A DNA stretch of 62,299 nucleotides, filler included, from Rhizaria sp. SCN 62-66 (Eukaryota), in the NCBI GenBank assembly GCA_001724265.1. It is 5 parts of 5 records of this genome, joined end to end, with 100 filler letters (N's around TTAATTAATTAA, not from the genome) between each part and the next. Parts side by side here need not be neighbours in the genome. Positions count along the whole stretch, not along the records: positions 9,041 to 23,745 come from MEDY01000579.1; positions 23,846 to 32,778 come from MEDY01000580.1; 3 more parts are not named here. The stretch is one strand, 5' to 3'. The notes beneath the pieces are model-generated. The model was not told the DNA's origin and did not search any database. It saw only the letters and a list, made by a program, of their open reading frames with translations. Positions 11,857 to 24,294 of this stretch are shown one piece after another; the stretch's first letter is position 1; every line of letters begins with the position of its first letter. The translations under genes were made by a program, and so were the position numbers.

Positions 11857-14034
11857 TCAATTGTTGCGCGCTTGACGAGGGCTGACAGCGCCACTGGCGG
11901 CTGCAGTGCCGGCGCAAGCCTCGACAAGCTGCACCACAACAGCCACAACGCTGGTACTCGCTGCGTCCACAACCTAGATGCAAAGAAAAAGCAACATAGA
12001 GCGCAACAGGTAATATCAGATTGGGGAGGGTGAGCCAAATGTGCGTCGTTTCAGACTAATACAGTGGCATATGTCGAGAAAGAAACAACAAAAACAATAC
12101 ATAAAACAAGTGATAACTCAAGAAAACAAAAATAGATTCGCTCAGGTCATGGCGGTTGTTCGTAGACGTACCATAGCGCTGACGACGACCGCGAGCGCGA
12201 GCGGTGCGCCGCGCTCATCCGCGCCGCGCCACAGCACCGCGGCGTCCGAGCCCGCGGCGCTGGCCGCACACATCGTCACCGCCGCACCCCCAGAGCCTGC
12301 AGCGCCCGCGGACGCGGCTGCGGCGCGGAGAGAGGGGAGGGTGACCGTGAGCTGCGCGGCGGCGGGCAGCGTGGCCGCCACGCCGTCCAGCGTGGCCGCC
12401 GCGGGCAGCGGGCCCAGCTGCACGCCCGCGCGCAGCGCAGGAACACCCGCGCCCGAAGCCCCCGCCTCGGTATTAAGGGGGGGCGCGGGGACGCGGACAG
12501 CGCCGCAGTAGGCGTTGAGCACGGCTGGGAGCCCGCCCGCGCGTCGCGCCGCGGCGGCCACGGGCGCGGCGGCGCCGGCGTCGAGGCCCGCGGTCGGCAG
12601 CTGCTGCTGCTGTTGCGGCGCGGGCGCGGCGGCTGACGCAGGCACGCGTGCACCCGCGGCAGCGGCGGCGGCGGCGGCGAGGGAGTTCGCCGAGCGTGCG
12701 CCCGGAAAGCGCAGCGGCGTCGCCAACTCGGACGCCATCGCAGGAGGCGCAGGCGGCGGCGCCTCACCACCACTGCCGCTGTCGCTGCTCTTGTTGTTGT
12801 TGTTGTTGTTGCTGCTGTTTCCGTCTGTGGCGTTGTCACGGTCGGCAGCGAGGAGCGCGGCGGCGGTGCGCGCGATCGCGCGGTCCGGGCTCACCACCAG
12901 CAGCACCTGATCCAATACCCGCACCCATGCGCCGCCGCAGTCGCCACTCTCAGTCGCGACCGCCGCGTTCGCGCCAGCAGCAGTGTGGGCACGGGCTGCG
13001 GTCAGGCGCGCAGCGGCGGCGGCAACGAGCGCGGCGGCGGCGGACTCGGCGCGGGCGACTGCGGCGGCGCGGGCGGCTGAGGCGGCGCGGAGTGAGGCCG
13101 CGGCGGCTGTGCGCGCGGCGGCGTCCTGGGGCGCGGCGGCGGCGTCCGCGGCGGCCGTCTCGGCGGCCTCGGCCTCGGCGGCGGCGCGCGCGGCGGCGAC
13201 AGCCGCGGTCTCGGCCGCAGCGACCGCGTCCGCAGCAGCGGCGGCGACTGCAACGGCGGGGGCGACGGGTGCGAGAGCGCGCAGCGTCTGCGGCAGCGCG
13301 GGCGCGAGGAGGCGTGCGGGGAAGAGTAAACGCAGCCAGAGCGCGGGTGCGGGCGCGACGAGCGCGAGCGCGGGGGGCGCGAAGGCGGCGCGGAAGGCGG
13401 ACTGGGCATGGTGGAACAGGGGCTGAAACAGGGCCGCAGTGTTGGCGGGCGAGAGCAGGGAGCAGGGCAGCGCGGAGCCGGGCGCGGGCGGCGCGGGGGC
13501 AGGCAGCACCGGCAGCGCGGCCGGGGAGTCCACGCGCACAGTCACGCTCGCGCCGGAGGCGCTGGCGTTGCCACTAGAGACGGAAGTGCCTGAGGTGCAG
13601 TATGTGGTGTTGGAGAGCGCAGCACGCGCGAAGAGGGTGTGGAGGTCGCGCAGGACGTGCACGGCGTGCTCGGCGGGGGTAAGAGGAAGCGCGTCGCTAA
13701 CGGCGGTGACCTCTTCGCGCGTGAGGCGCGGCGCAGAGCCCGGGAGCCCGCGCGCGCGGCTCTTGGCGAGGGCGAGCTGGCGGTAGAAACGGCGGCGCTC
13801 AACTACCCACCAAGTTAGGTACACCGCCAGGAACGCCACCATCCACACCATCGCGCCCCACAGCACGGGGAACTGCAGCTAAGTCAGCGTAAAAGATAAC
13901 AGCAACATACAACAGGGGTAGCGTGAAGAGAGTGAGCAAGAGAATTGGGAAAGTGTGACGAAAGGAGATTCAACAAGATGCAGCTGTCGATAAAGTTATG
14001 AGCTCAAACGTACCTGCTTGGATGCCACTGCCAT
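11857..14034 (-). CDS. Ala-rich membrane-anchored protein, 3 exons (14034-14014, 13872-12172, 11973-11857)
   Basis: MAVASKQ|FPVLWGAMVWMVAFLAVYLTWWVVERRR gives an N-terminal TM helix. Introns 14013-13873 (GTACGT…GCTGAC…CAG) and 12171-11974 (GTACGT…TAG) are both phase 0. Ends TGA. Confidence 0.65.
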
Positions 14035-14381
14035 TGATTTTTTAGAAGAGTCGTGGAATTGTACCCAGGGACACGGATTCACAGAGAATGCGCTTGCAAC
14101 GTCTTTCTATGCCAGGATATCAGGACAATTCGACTCTGCACGGTCAGATGCCAACTGTCAGAGCTTTGAGGTCGGCCAAAAAATGTTGCTAGATCTCGCT
14201 AGTCTCATCGTGAATGTGACTGCAACACGCACAGCGCATGTTTTATTAAGTCAATATCTATTATGTTTTATTTATACTCGTCAAGTAACTCACGCGTCTT
14301 GTATACTCACCATCCTCTACTTGCTGACCTGCACTTCTAACCCATCTTTGTCAAATCACGCATCTGTGGCCCACATAGCAT

Positions 14382-14912
14382 ATGGTACGTCATTAACCCA
14401 CATTCATTCGATTTCCCATGTATTCAATGACACCATATTTGTTTCATATATCTACTGCACTTTATCTTCCGCATCATTTTTGCATTCTCTCACTCCAACT
14501 ACTGCTATGTCCTGCCATCCGCTCATTTGTGTCCCCGCGTCTCGCGCGCCACTGTCCCTCCGCCACAGAGTGCGGTGTTCAACTTTCAGTCACTGCTCAC
14601 AGTGCTGCTTTTGCTCATCTGCGTCTGCACGTACCTGCGCAGCTACTGGCCCGACCTCATCAACCGCAACAAGACTGGGTACGTTTCCATTCTAGCATTC
14701 AATTCCTTACTATCTTCATCTCAGTCTCTCTCTGTCGCTCGCTGCTTCTGCATCATCATCCACTCTTCGTCTCACATCTACACGTGCTCCCTCTTCCCTA
14801 TTACAGCACACGTGGGACGCTGTTCAAACTGGCGCGCGTCGGCGAGCGTTTGAGTCCATTAGTATCGATATCACTAATCATAATGGCGTTTCGAGTATTA
14901 TGGGCAGACTGA
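14382..14912 (+). CDS. TMEM167: Protein kish / TMEM167 family, 3 exons (14382-14384, 14569-14678, 14807-14912)
   Basis: Spliced product [72 protein letters not shown] matches the Kish consensus. Both introns GTACGT..CAG. Ends TGA. Confidence 0.93.
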
Positions 14913-15337
14913 CCCCGCCCTTCGCCGGCGCCTGCTGAGCGCGCCGGCCAGCCGCGCCCGCGCCCCGCGGCCGTTTGCGGGCTTTACTGCTGCGCTGTGC
15001 ATGTTGATCGTGCGGCGCGGCGCGGCTAGCAGTGACGACAACTGCGTGATCGCTTGATCCGTGGCCTTCATTCAGCAAGACTCTGAGGCCAATTTGAGGC
15101 CACTGCGCGAAGTTAAGGGCGCGGGGCGGACACCTAAGGTCGCGTTTTATACTAAATACACAAAATTTCGACTCTTTCGGCTCGTCTATGTGTGACATAA
15201 TTGCCTTAGATCGAACTCGACGCTATTTTTTCGGTCCATCGATTGGCGGTGCGGTTCGTCCGCCGCAGTCTGGGTCATGCGGAGGTCGAAACGAAAAGTT
15301 CATTGTCTGGTTCTCTGACCGTACATTTCATTGTAAA

Positions 15338-16042
15338 ATGTCGTCCGATGATGTTGACATCAGCAAGGTGCGCGAGCCCTCTTGCATTCTTCCTTACGTC
15401 TTCCTTTCCGGTAGCGCCACCGCCGTGTACGTCCTCTCGTCAGCTCTGTCTTTCGCGCAGTCCTTTTCTCTCTTTGTTCCGTGTGCATGATCGATATAGT
15501 CTATGTTTAACACTGCGTAGGGCTCTCGACTCATGTTTTTGACTTGCTCTACTTTCTTGTGCTGTTTTAGGTGCCTGCCGATGCTGAAGAAGTTCGGGAT
15601 CACCACCGTGATCAACCTCACTGACAAGGAGTTCGAGTACCCGCACAAGGACAAGGTTACCTACCACGGCTTCGACCTCGAGGACGAGGCCGAGTGCGAC
15701 GTTTCCGAGTACTACGACAAGCTCTTTGCCATCCTCGCCGGCGTCAAAGAGAAGAACGGCAAGGCGCTGCTGTGCGACCTCGCGGGCACGTCGCTGCCGT
15801 CAACAATGATGGCGGCCTACATGCTGCAGGCGTCTAAGAAGCAGGAGAAGTACCTCCCGCTCAGCAAGGCGCTTGCGCACATCGCCAGCAAGGACCCCGT
15901 GCTGAAGCCCTCGGAGCACATGCTGCTGCGCCTGTGCCTGCTCGAGGAGGACCTGTACGAGGAGTGCTCCGTTTCGCTCTCGCGCCCCGGCGGCGCGCGC
16001 GGCAAGGGCGGCCGCGGCGGCAAGGGCAAGCGCGGCAAGTAA
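15338..16042 (+). CDS. Dual-specificity phosphatase-fold protein, probably catalytically dead; intron 15427-15570
   Basis: EPSCILPYVFLSG, LKKFGITTVINLT, DLEDEAECDVSEYYD, MAAYML and KPSEHMLLRL follow the DSP pattern. The active-site loop reads LLCDLAGTSLPS. Gly/Arg/Lys-rich tail. Confidence 0.85.
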
Positions 16043-16547
16043 GCGAAATCACCCACTCCTTGCTTACTTACCACGCGCTATTGCCCTCGCGTCCCTCCAC
16101 CACTGCTCACTGCACGCGCGCCCGCTGACTTATCTGCGCGCGTGAAAGCAGTTCGAGCTTGGGAGTGAGAGGCGGGTGCATGCATCTCGAATAGGACTTC
16201 TAGGTTGTTACAATTGTTATAAGTTGTCATACGTAATTAGAGCGGGACAAGCGTTCCTCGCACACGCAATACAGTAGTAAATGTTGACGTGTGATCATGC
16301 TAGTTCTGGAGTGCAACGCTATATTGAATCGAAATCACATGTGTATTACGTACGAATGTAAGGCTATTGAGAGTTGGCAACGCCTAGTCTGCGATTATAA
16401 GCAATCAGACTCGCGAGATTAAGGGCACCACTGGACTAGATAACAAGATATAGGGAAATAAACACGGGAGTCTCGGACTGGATAAACTAGTGTACAAAAC
16501 CGAGAGCGTAAACAATGCGCAAGGCGGAGTGCGCGCCTCACCATGCC

Positions 16548-19500
16548 TCACCAAGCTTGCGGCACAGGGCCGCCGCGCCTCTGACCCTGCATGTGGCTCT
16601 GGCCCTGGCCTTGGCCTTGACCGGGGCCCGGGCCCGGGCCGTAGCCAGGCCCGGCGCCAAGCCCGGGGCCAGCGCCAGGGCCAGGGCTAGGGCCGTAGCC
16701 GGGCCCCGGTCCGGGTCCGTAGCTGCCGCCGGGGCCAGCGCCAGGGCCGCCGTAGCCGTAGCCACCGGTCATCGGACCGCCGTTCATGACGAGACCGCTG
16801 GTAGGGCCGTTGTGGGGGCCGGGGCGGCCGCGCGCGGGGGGGCCTTGCGGATACGCGCCTGGACCGCCACTGCCGCCGCTGTCGTAGCCGCCGGGGCCGG
16901 GAAGGCCGCCGGTGTGGTACACGGCGCCGGGACCCAGAGGCGCGGGCGGGGCGCTCACACCGCGCACCAGCGACCCAGGGCCACCGTGGCCGTAGCCGCC
17001 GGGGGGGCCGCCGCCGCCGTTGCCGTAGCCTCCGGGACCAGGACCGGGGCCGTAGCCGCTCTGAGGGCCGCCGGGGCCTGGAGGACCGTAGTTGTTGTAG
17101 CCGCCGCCGACATTATAGCTGCCGTTCGGAAGGCCGCCGTTTAGGCTGCCGCGGGAGTTGGGCGGGCCGTAGCCCTGTGGGGGAGGCCCCTGCGCAGCGA
17201 AGCCGCTGTTGGGGCCCGGGGGACCGTAGCCGCCGCCGAGGCCGTTGGGGCCAGGGGCGGGCGCGGGGCCCCAGCCGCCTTCGGAGGGCGCGGGCACGGG
17301 CGCGGCGCCGGTGTGACTGCGCGGCCGTTGCTGCTGCTGATGCTGCTGGTGCGGGTGCAGCCCTTGCGGTGGAACGACAAGAGAGACGCCCGAGGCGCCC
17401 GCGGGGCCTACGGGGCCAGCGAGGCCGGCGGGCCCGGCGGGCGGACGGCGCGCGGCCGAGCCCACCGGCGGCGGCGACCGCGGCAGCCCAGAGCCCGCGC
17501 GCTGCATGCCCTGGCTTTGTTGCGGCAGCGGCAGCGGCTGCCCGCGGGCCATGTGGCCGCCGGTGGGCCCCGGCTGGCCGGGCGACGGGCCGAACCCCGC
17601 CGCGGCGGCCGAGGCCGCGGTGGCGGACACGGCGCGGCGCGGCGCGGGCATCGGCGGCGTCGCCGGGGCCGCAGCAGCAGCAGCGGGGCCGGAGCCCTGT
17701 TGTGCGCCGCCGACGGGCTGCGCGCTGCGGGGCGCGTAGGCGGAGCGCTGAGCGCCGCGGTTGCCGAAGGCCGACGCGCGCTCGAGCTCGAGCAGGTCCT
17801 GGGCCTGCGCGCCGCCGTCGCCGTCACCGTCACCGTCGTTGGCGCGGCCGTGGCCGACGCCGCGCTCGCGGGCGGCGGCCGCAACGGCGTGCGGCGGCGC
17901 CGAGCCGGCGGGCCTGCGCGTCGACGACGATGAGGCCCCCTTAGACGCGCTGACGACGCCCGCCGAGGCTGCCGCGGCGGCCGCGGCGGCTGCGGCGCCG
18001 GCGCCGGGCCCCGCGGAGGCTGCGGCTGANCGCGGTCGCGACCGCGGTGAGCGCTGTGGCGCGCGCGGGCAGGGCCAGCTCGCCGGGCCCCGCGCTGGCG
18101 CCGCCGTTGGCGGGGCTGCTGGGGCCGAGCGTGCCGCCCAGCGCGCCGCCGCCGCGCACGGGCATGACCGTCTGCGCGGGGTCCGTCAGCGCCGACGGCG
18201 CGCGTGCGGCCTCGAGCAGCGCGCCGCGCAGCGCGGCGTAGCCCGCGGCCGCGCTGGAGAACACGGCGGGGTACTGCAACGCCGCCGCGCCCGCGCCGGA
18301 GCCGCCCGCCGCGCCGCCGGAGCCCGCGCCAGAGCCCGGGAGCGTGGCCGACAGCGTCGCGCCCGCACCCGCGCCCGCGCCGGCGCCCGAGGTGAGCGTG
18401 GCCCAGGCCTCAGAGCGCAGCGCGCTGGTGGGCTTCTCCAGCAGCTTGGCGAGCGCGGCCGCGAGCACCGTGGGCATCGCCGCCAGCGCGGCCACGCTCG
18501 CGGGGTCCGCCGCGGCCGCGGCGTCACCACCGGCACCGGCGAGACTGGAGTCGCGCCGCTGCAGCGAGCTGGGCCCGCCCCAGGCGGCTGCGCCGCCGCC
18601 GGCACCGGTCGCACCGGAGCGCGCGGCGGCGGCAGCGAACAGCTGCGCGTGGTGCTGCGCGAGCGACAAATAGACTTGCGCGGGCACGCCCGTCATGCCG
18701 CTCACGGTCGCGGACGACGCCGCGGCCAGCTGCGCCAGCGGCTGCGCCAGCGGGGAGCCGTGCTGCGCCGCTAGCGCGCCCGCGGTGACGCACACGAGCG
18801 CGCCGCCGCCACCGCTGGCACTCGCGCCGCCGCCGCTGCCCGCGCTGCCGGAGCCGCGGCGCATGGTCGACGAGACAGCGGCCGCGGCGGCCTTGGCGGC
18901 GGCCGCGGGCGACGAGCCGAACGGGGCCGGCGCGGGGGCCGGAATGGGCGCTCCGCCGGTGCCCGCGCCCGCCGCAGCGGCCTCGACCTGGCCCCAGCGC
19001 GCGATGCAGCGTGCGACAGCGCCAGCGCCCCAGGCGTCGGTCAGTGAGGCCAGCACGAGGCGGCCAGCGGCGCGCACTTCGGGCGCGTCGCCCGTGCACG
19101 CGCGCGTGACCGTGAGCAGCAGCCGCGGCAGCAGCGGCGCGAGCAGCGGCGCGAGCGGGGACGCCAGGGACGCCGCGGGCGGGGGCACGGCCGCGGGCAA
19201 CGGCGCGGCGCCCGCCGCCGCGTCGGCGGGCGGCAAGAACGCGGCGTGCGCGGCGATGAAGGCGCGCGCGCGGGCGATCTCGCCCAGCGTCCAGGGCCCC
19301 ACGGCCACAGGTGCGCCCAGCGGAGCCGCGGCGCTCGGCGCGGGCTGCGCCAGGAGCGCGCGCGCGAGGGGCGCCGTAACGGAACGCAGCAGCGCGGGCG
19401 GCGCGCCCAGTCCGGCCTTGAGCAGCAGGAAAAGCATGCCGTCGAGCTCGCAGTCGCGGCCGCACACGTGGCCGCGGCGGCGCGCGACGGCGGCGCCTGC

Positions 19501-22500
19501 GCGTGCAACGCCGTCGACGCTGGCGTAGAGGTGCGCGGCGACCGTGGGCGCGGTGAAGAGCCCCTCGAGCGCGCGCGCGACCTGCACCACGGCCAGCGTG
19601 CGGTGCCGCTTGGTCACCGAGGGCGACGCCCAGACCGAGCCCGAAGACGCTGCCGCGGCCGCCGAAGCGGCGCCGGTGCCGGACGTGGCTGGCGCGGCAC
19701 CGCCCGCGGGCAGCGGCAGGCTGAGCAGCGCTGCGTAGTTGTAGCCCGAGTGTGCGGCGGCGACGACAGGGTGCCAGAGTGCGGCGCCGACGCAGGGCCC
19801 CGCGGCGGCCACGGCGGCCGTGGCCGAGGCCGCGGCCGCGGGGGAGCCCGCGGCCGGGACTGGCACGGCGCCGATGGCGTTGCCGCCGCCGCAGGTCATG
19901 TGCGTGGCAAGCGTCAGCGCGGCCGCCAGCGCCTTGACGGGCGTGAACGCGCCAAAGATGGCGTCCATGCACGCGCGCGCGGGTCCTGATAGGAACCCAT
20001 TGTTGTCGTCGGCCTTCTTGAGCACAGCGTTGAGCGGCAGCAGCGCGAGCGGGGACAGGTCGTACGCCGGCGGCAGCGGGCACGCCACAGTCACCGTGCG
20101 CACGCGCGCGCCGGGCGCCAGCGGTAGCGTCGCTGCGCCGAGCGCGCAGCCGCACGCGGGTGCGGCGGCCAGCGCCTCGAGCAGCGAGCAGTCCTCGTGC
20201 GCCGCGGCGGCGGGGACGGCGACCGGGTGCAGCGGGCAGCGCGCGGCCGTGGCCACGCAGTGCAGCGCCGCGGCGCCCAGCGCGGCGCGCCAGCCGGCCT
20301 CGGAGGGCCCGCCGTAGTGCAGCAGCGGCGCGTTAACGAGAAGATCCCGCAGCGCGAGCAGCGCGCCCTTGGCGGCGGCGGAGCGCAGGTTCTCCGCCTC
20401 GGCGGCCGCGGCGAGCAGCAGCGGGCGCAGCAGCGCGGGACCCGTCGCCAGCGCGCCCAGCACGGGCGACAGGAACGGTTGCGCAGGCGACGGCGTGGGC
20501 AGCGGGACGAGCCGCAGCATAACAGGCACGCCGCCCGCCGCGGCCTCGGCGGCCGTCGGCGTCAGCGTGAGCACCAGGGGCGAGGCCTGCTCCGCGACGG
20601 GCAGCAGCGCGCCCTGCGGCGGCGGCGCCGGCAGCGCGAGCAGCAGCTCCGCGGCGCTGTGCGTGGCGAGGCGGCGCAGCAGCAGGAAGCCATCGAAAAC
20701 GAGCGACCAGTCGCCGCTACCCAGCGACTGCGGGCTCAGCCGGTACGCGACGTCCGTCGCCGCCACGGCCACGGGCGCGCCGCCCGGCGCAGGCGCGGTC
20801 GCGGCGGCCTTGCCGGAGAAGACGAGCAGCTGGCGCAGCGCGGCGGCGGCGGAGGGCGCCGGCAGCAGCTGGCCCGCTGTGGGATACTGCCCGCCAGGCT
20901 GCTCGGTCAGCCCGCGCGCCACGGGCGGCGAGCCGCCGGGCGCGGCCGGCGCGGACGAGGGCGCGGCGCGCGCGGCGACGGGCGCGGGGTGAGCAGACAC
21001 GGACGCGGATGCGGACGCAGCGTGCGCGAGAAAGGGCGGCGGCGGCGAGGGCGCGGGGTCGGAGCCCCCGGCGCAGTCGTCGGCCGACGGGCTGTAGCGG
21101 TCGTCGCTGTACTGCACGCCGCCCGCATAGCCCGCCGCGTCGCCGTCGCTGGCGCCACTGGCGCCCATGTCGCCCGAGCTGCCGTGCGCATCGCCGCCCT
21201 CGGAGCCCTCCGCGGCGGCCGCAAGCGACGCCGGGCGCCGGAACTTGGACCCGCGCCGCAGCCGCGCGCCGCCGCCGGGGGGCAGCGCACTGGCCGCTGT
21301 GATGAGCGCGGGCTCGGCGTCCTCCTCGAGCAGCGCGCCGCCGCGGGGGCGCGCGGCATCACGGTCGGTGTAGGCCTCGCCCGCGACGGGTTCCTCTTCG
21401 GGCGCCTCGGGCCAGCGCAAGAGCGACTGTGCGCGCCGGTGAAACCCGCCCGCGCCCGCGCCCGCGCCTCCAGCAGCGCCACTGACAGGGCCAGCGCCAA
21501 CGCCAGCGCCGGCAGGCTTGGAGCCCCAGCGCGACTGCGCGGGCCCGTGCGCGAGCATGGGCGCGTGGCCCGGGTCGTCGAAACGAAACGCCGTGCCCGC
21601 TGCGGCCGCGGCCGCGGCTGCGCTGTGGTATGCGGCCCCGTCGGCGTGCGAGTACGACAGCGGGCGCGCGTAGTGCGCGCCGGCGCCGGCGTCGCTGTCG
21701 TCGTCGTCGTCGGGGCCGACGGGGACGCTGCTGGGGGTGGGCACGTCGCGGATCGACAGCGCGCTGCCGGCCTCGCGCAGCAGCGGCGCCGGGTACGCGC
21801 CCGCGCCCGCGCCCACGCCCGCGCCCCAGCCCTGAGCTGGCCCCGGCGCGGGCGAGAAGGGCGGCGAGGTCGCGGACGCCGCGTACGACAGCGGGGACGA
21901 CGCGAGGCGCACGTTGTCGCCCGGACCCAGCACCCGCGTCGCGTAGCCCTCGCTCTCCATCGCGGTCACACCGGTTGCAGTCGCGGGGGCTGGCATCGGC
22001 AGGGAAGGCGACGCCGAAGCAGAGGCGGACGAGGACGCGTTGGAGCCCGCGCGGGGCCGGCGCACAAGCGAGAGGCGCGCGCGGATGGCCTCGGGCGTCT
22101 CGGACTCGCCCTCAGTCTCAGAGCCTAACCCCGCTACAGCAGCAGCAGCGGCGTCAGACTCGGAGCCCGTGGCCGGCGTGGCGGGCGCGGCGACGGCGAG
22201 CGTGACGGCGGCGATGGCAGCGACGACCTGGAGCGCGGCGTACGCGCCACCCGCAGCGGCCACGGCGGCGCGCAGCACGGTCTCCGCGGCCGCCACAAAC
22301 GGGTGGCACGTGTATCCGTCGCCCGCGCTCGCAGAATCGCCGTAATCGTCGTTCTCGTCGTCATCGTAGTCGTCGTCGGCCCCCGCGCGCGGCAGCGGCA
22401 GCCGCGCAAGAGCGAGGCGCGCGGCGGCCAGTGCGGGCGCGAGCGGCGCGGCCGCGGCGGCCACGGCGGCGGGCTCAGCGGCGGCGCCCAGCAAGAAGAG

Positions 22501-23745
22501 CGCGGCGCCGGGCCCGTCGTCCGCGGCCGCCGCGGCCTCGACGTCGGCCGGGGCGGGGAAGCCCGGCGGCAGCGCGGCCAGCGCCACGGCCGCCGCATTG
22601 GGGCCGAAAAACCCGGCGGGCGCGGCCGCCAGCGTCGGCGCGGAGGAGCGCAGCGCGGGAAACAGCGCGTCCGCAGCCTCAGCCTCAGCGTCACTGTCAA
22701 GAGAAACAAACGCAGCGGCGGCGGGCGAGCGCGCGCAGAACCATAGCGCGGCGAGCGGACCCGCAGACACGCGCAGCGACAGCGCAAGCGCGAGCGCAGA
22801 CACGGCCGAAACGGACGCGGACGCGGCGGCAGCGGCGGAGGCCGGGGCCGCGGACGGCGCGAGCGGAGCCAGGAGCGCCACGGCCCACACGGGCAGCGGT
22901 GCCCCGGCGGCGGCGGCGGCGGCCGATGCTGCGGAGGGCTGTGGCTCGCTGGGCGCGAGCGCGGACATGGCCGCAGACAACGTGCGCTGCGCCGCGGCGG
23001 CCGCCGACGGCGCGGGCTGCGCGGCGACGAGCGCGGTGGCCACGGCGGCGGCCTGAGCCTGCGCGTGTGACTGCGCGTGCGAGTACGAGTACGCGGGCGC
23101 GAAGAGCTGCGGCAGCCAACGCGCCAGCAGCTGCGCGCGCGAGGCGGACGGCGCGGCGTCGGCGGAGCGCAGCAGTCGTGCCAGCGCGCGCGCGAGGGCC
23201 CGCGGCGGGCGCAGCGCGAGCGCGGCGACGGCCTCCGCGTCAGGCTCGGACGCGAGCGAGCCCTGCGCTGCTGTTGCGGATGCTGCTGCTGCGGTGGCTG
23301 CGCCCACGGCGTGCGCGTGCGGCGGGAGGAGCTCCGCGGCGGCCGCGGCGGCGCGCGCGAGCAGCGGGCCGAACACAACCGGCACCAGCAGCGCGCGCGC
23401 GGGCGCGGCGTCAGCGGCGGCGACAAGCGCGGCGGCAGCGGCGAGCGCGGCGGCGGCGTTGCGTGGCGCGGTGCCGGCGCGCGCGCGGATGTGGTGCATC
23501 AGCGCCGAAGCCGCGTCGCGCCGCGCAGCCCACAGCCGCTGCAGCCACAGCGCGCTCGGCGCGGCGCCTGAGGCTCCAACCGCGACGGGTGTCGCAGGTG
23601 TCGTGGTCGCCAGTAGGAGCGCGGGGGCGGCGAACGGATGGAAAGCCGGGGCCGCGGCTGCGCCGCCGGCGGGGCGGGGCTTGCGGCGGCCCGCGGCGTC
23701 CGCGGCGGCGGCGCGCGGGAGCCGCGCGGCGCCCGCAGCGGCTGC
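16548..23745 (-). CDS. Very large Ala/Gly/Pro-rich protein with TOG (CLASP/TOGARAM-like) domain and a GPG/GYG low-complexity C-terminus; 5' end probably truncated by the contig end
   Basis: HEAT motifs SGDWSLVFDGFLLLRRLATHS, AENLRSAAAKGALLALRDL, VLKKADDNNGFLSGPARACMDAI and GDAPEVRAAGR. The frame changes at the single N (18030) and continues open into ORF 16548-17651. Confidence 0.75.
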
Positions 23746-23845
23746 NNNNNNNNNNNNNNNNNNNNNNNNNNNNNNNNNNNNNNNNNNNNTTAATTAATTA
23801 ANNNNNNNNNNNNNNNNNNNNNNNNNNNNNNNNNNNNNNNNNNNN
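23746..23845. other. Artificial contig spacer
   Basis: 44 N + TTAATTAATTAA + 44 N. Confidence 0.99.
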
Positions 23846-24025
23846 TGGGAAAACAGCTAAATTGATCAGATCTCCGCATACTAACGTCCTCAAAATAAGA
23901 CAGTAGAGTATTATGTGTGTATTAGTAATTAAAATGTTGTGCACTAACTCAAACACAATTTTACGACATACCTCTCAAGATTTCGTCAATAACAGCAAAC
24001 GGCGCAATTCGCGACCCCCGTGTTA
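23846..24025. repeat. Dispersed ~180-bp repeat, copy 2
   Basis: Reverse complement of 8592-8771. Confidence 0.85.
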
Positions 24026-24294
24026 GGAGGTCGTTGGGTGCCGTTTCTCTGTGGATTTCCTGTGAGAGAGTCCCTTTATGTAAAATTTCGTGCGTAACAT
24101 TACCGCTCCGACTGAAATGTGTAGTTTCCAACCGCTTGTTGCAAATAGTGATTTTACGTATTTGAGTAACGATGCACGGAGTGTATTATCGTGAATCTAT
24201 CTTCTTGGCCGCGTTCTCATTCCTGCCTTCAAATGCCATTCTCTGCTCCTCCATGCCTCCCCATCGTTTTGTATCTCGCAACGTAGCACTTGCT

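Noticed and set aside
12142-23745. Many long overlapping and antisense ORFs
   Set aside because: Expected shadow ORFs in extremely GC-rich sequence; no independent motifs.
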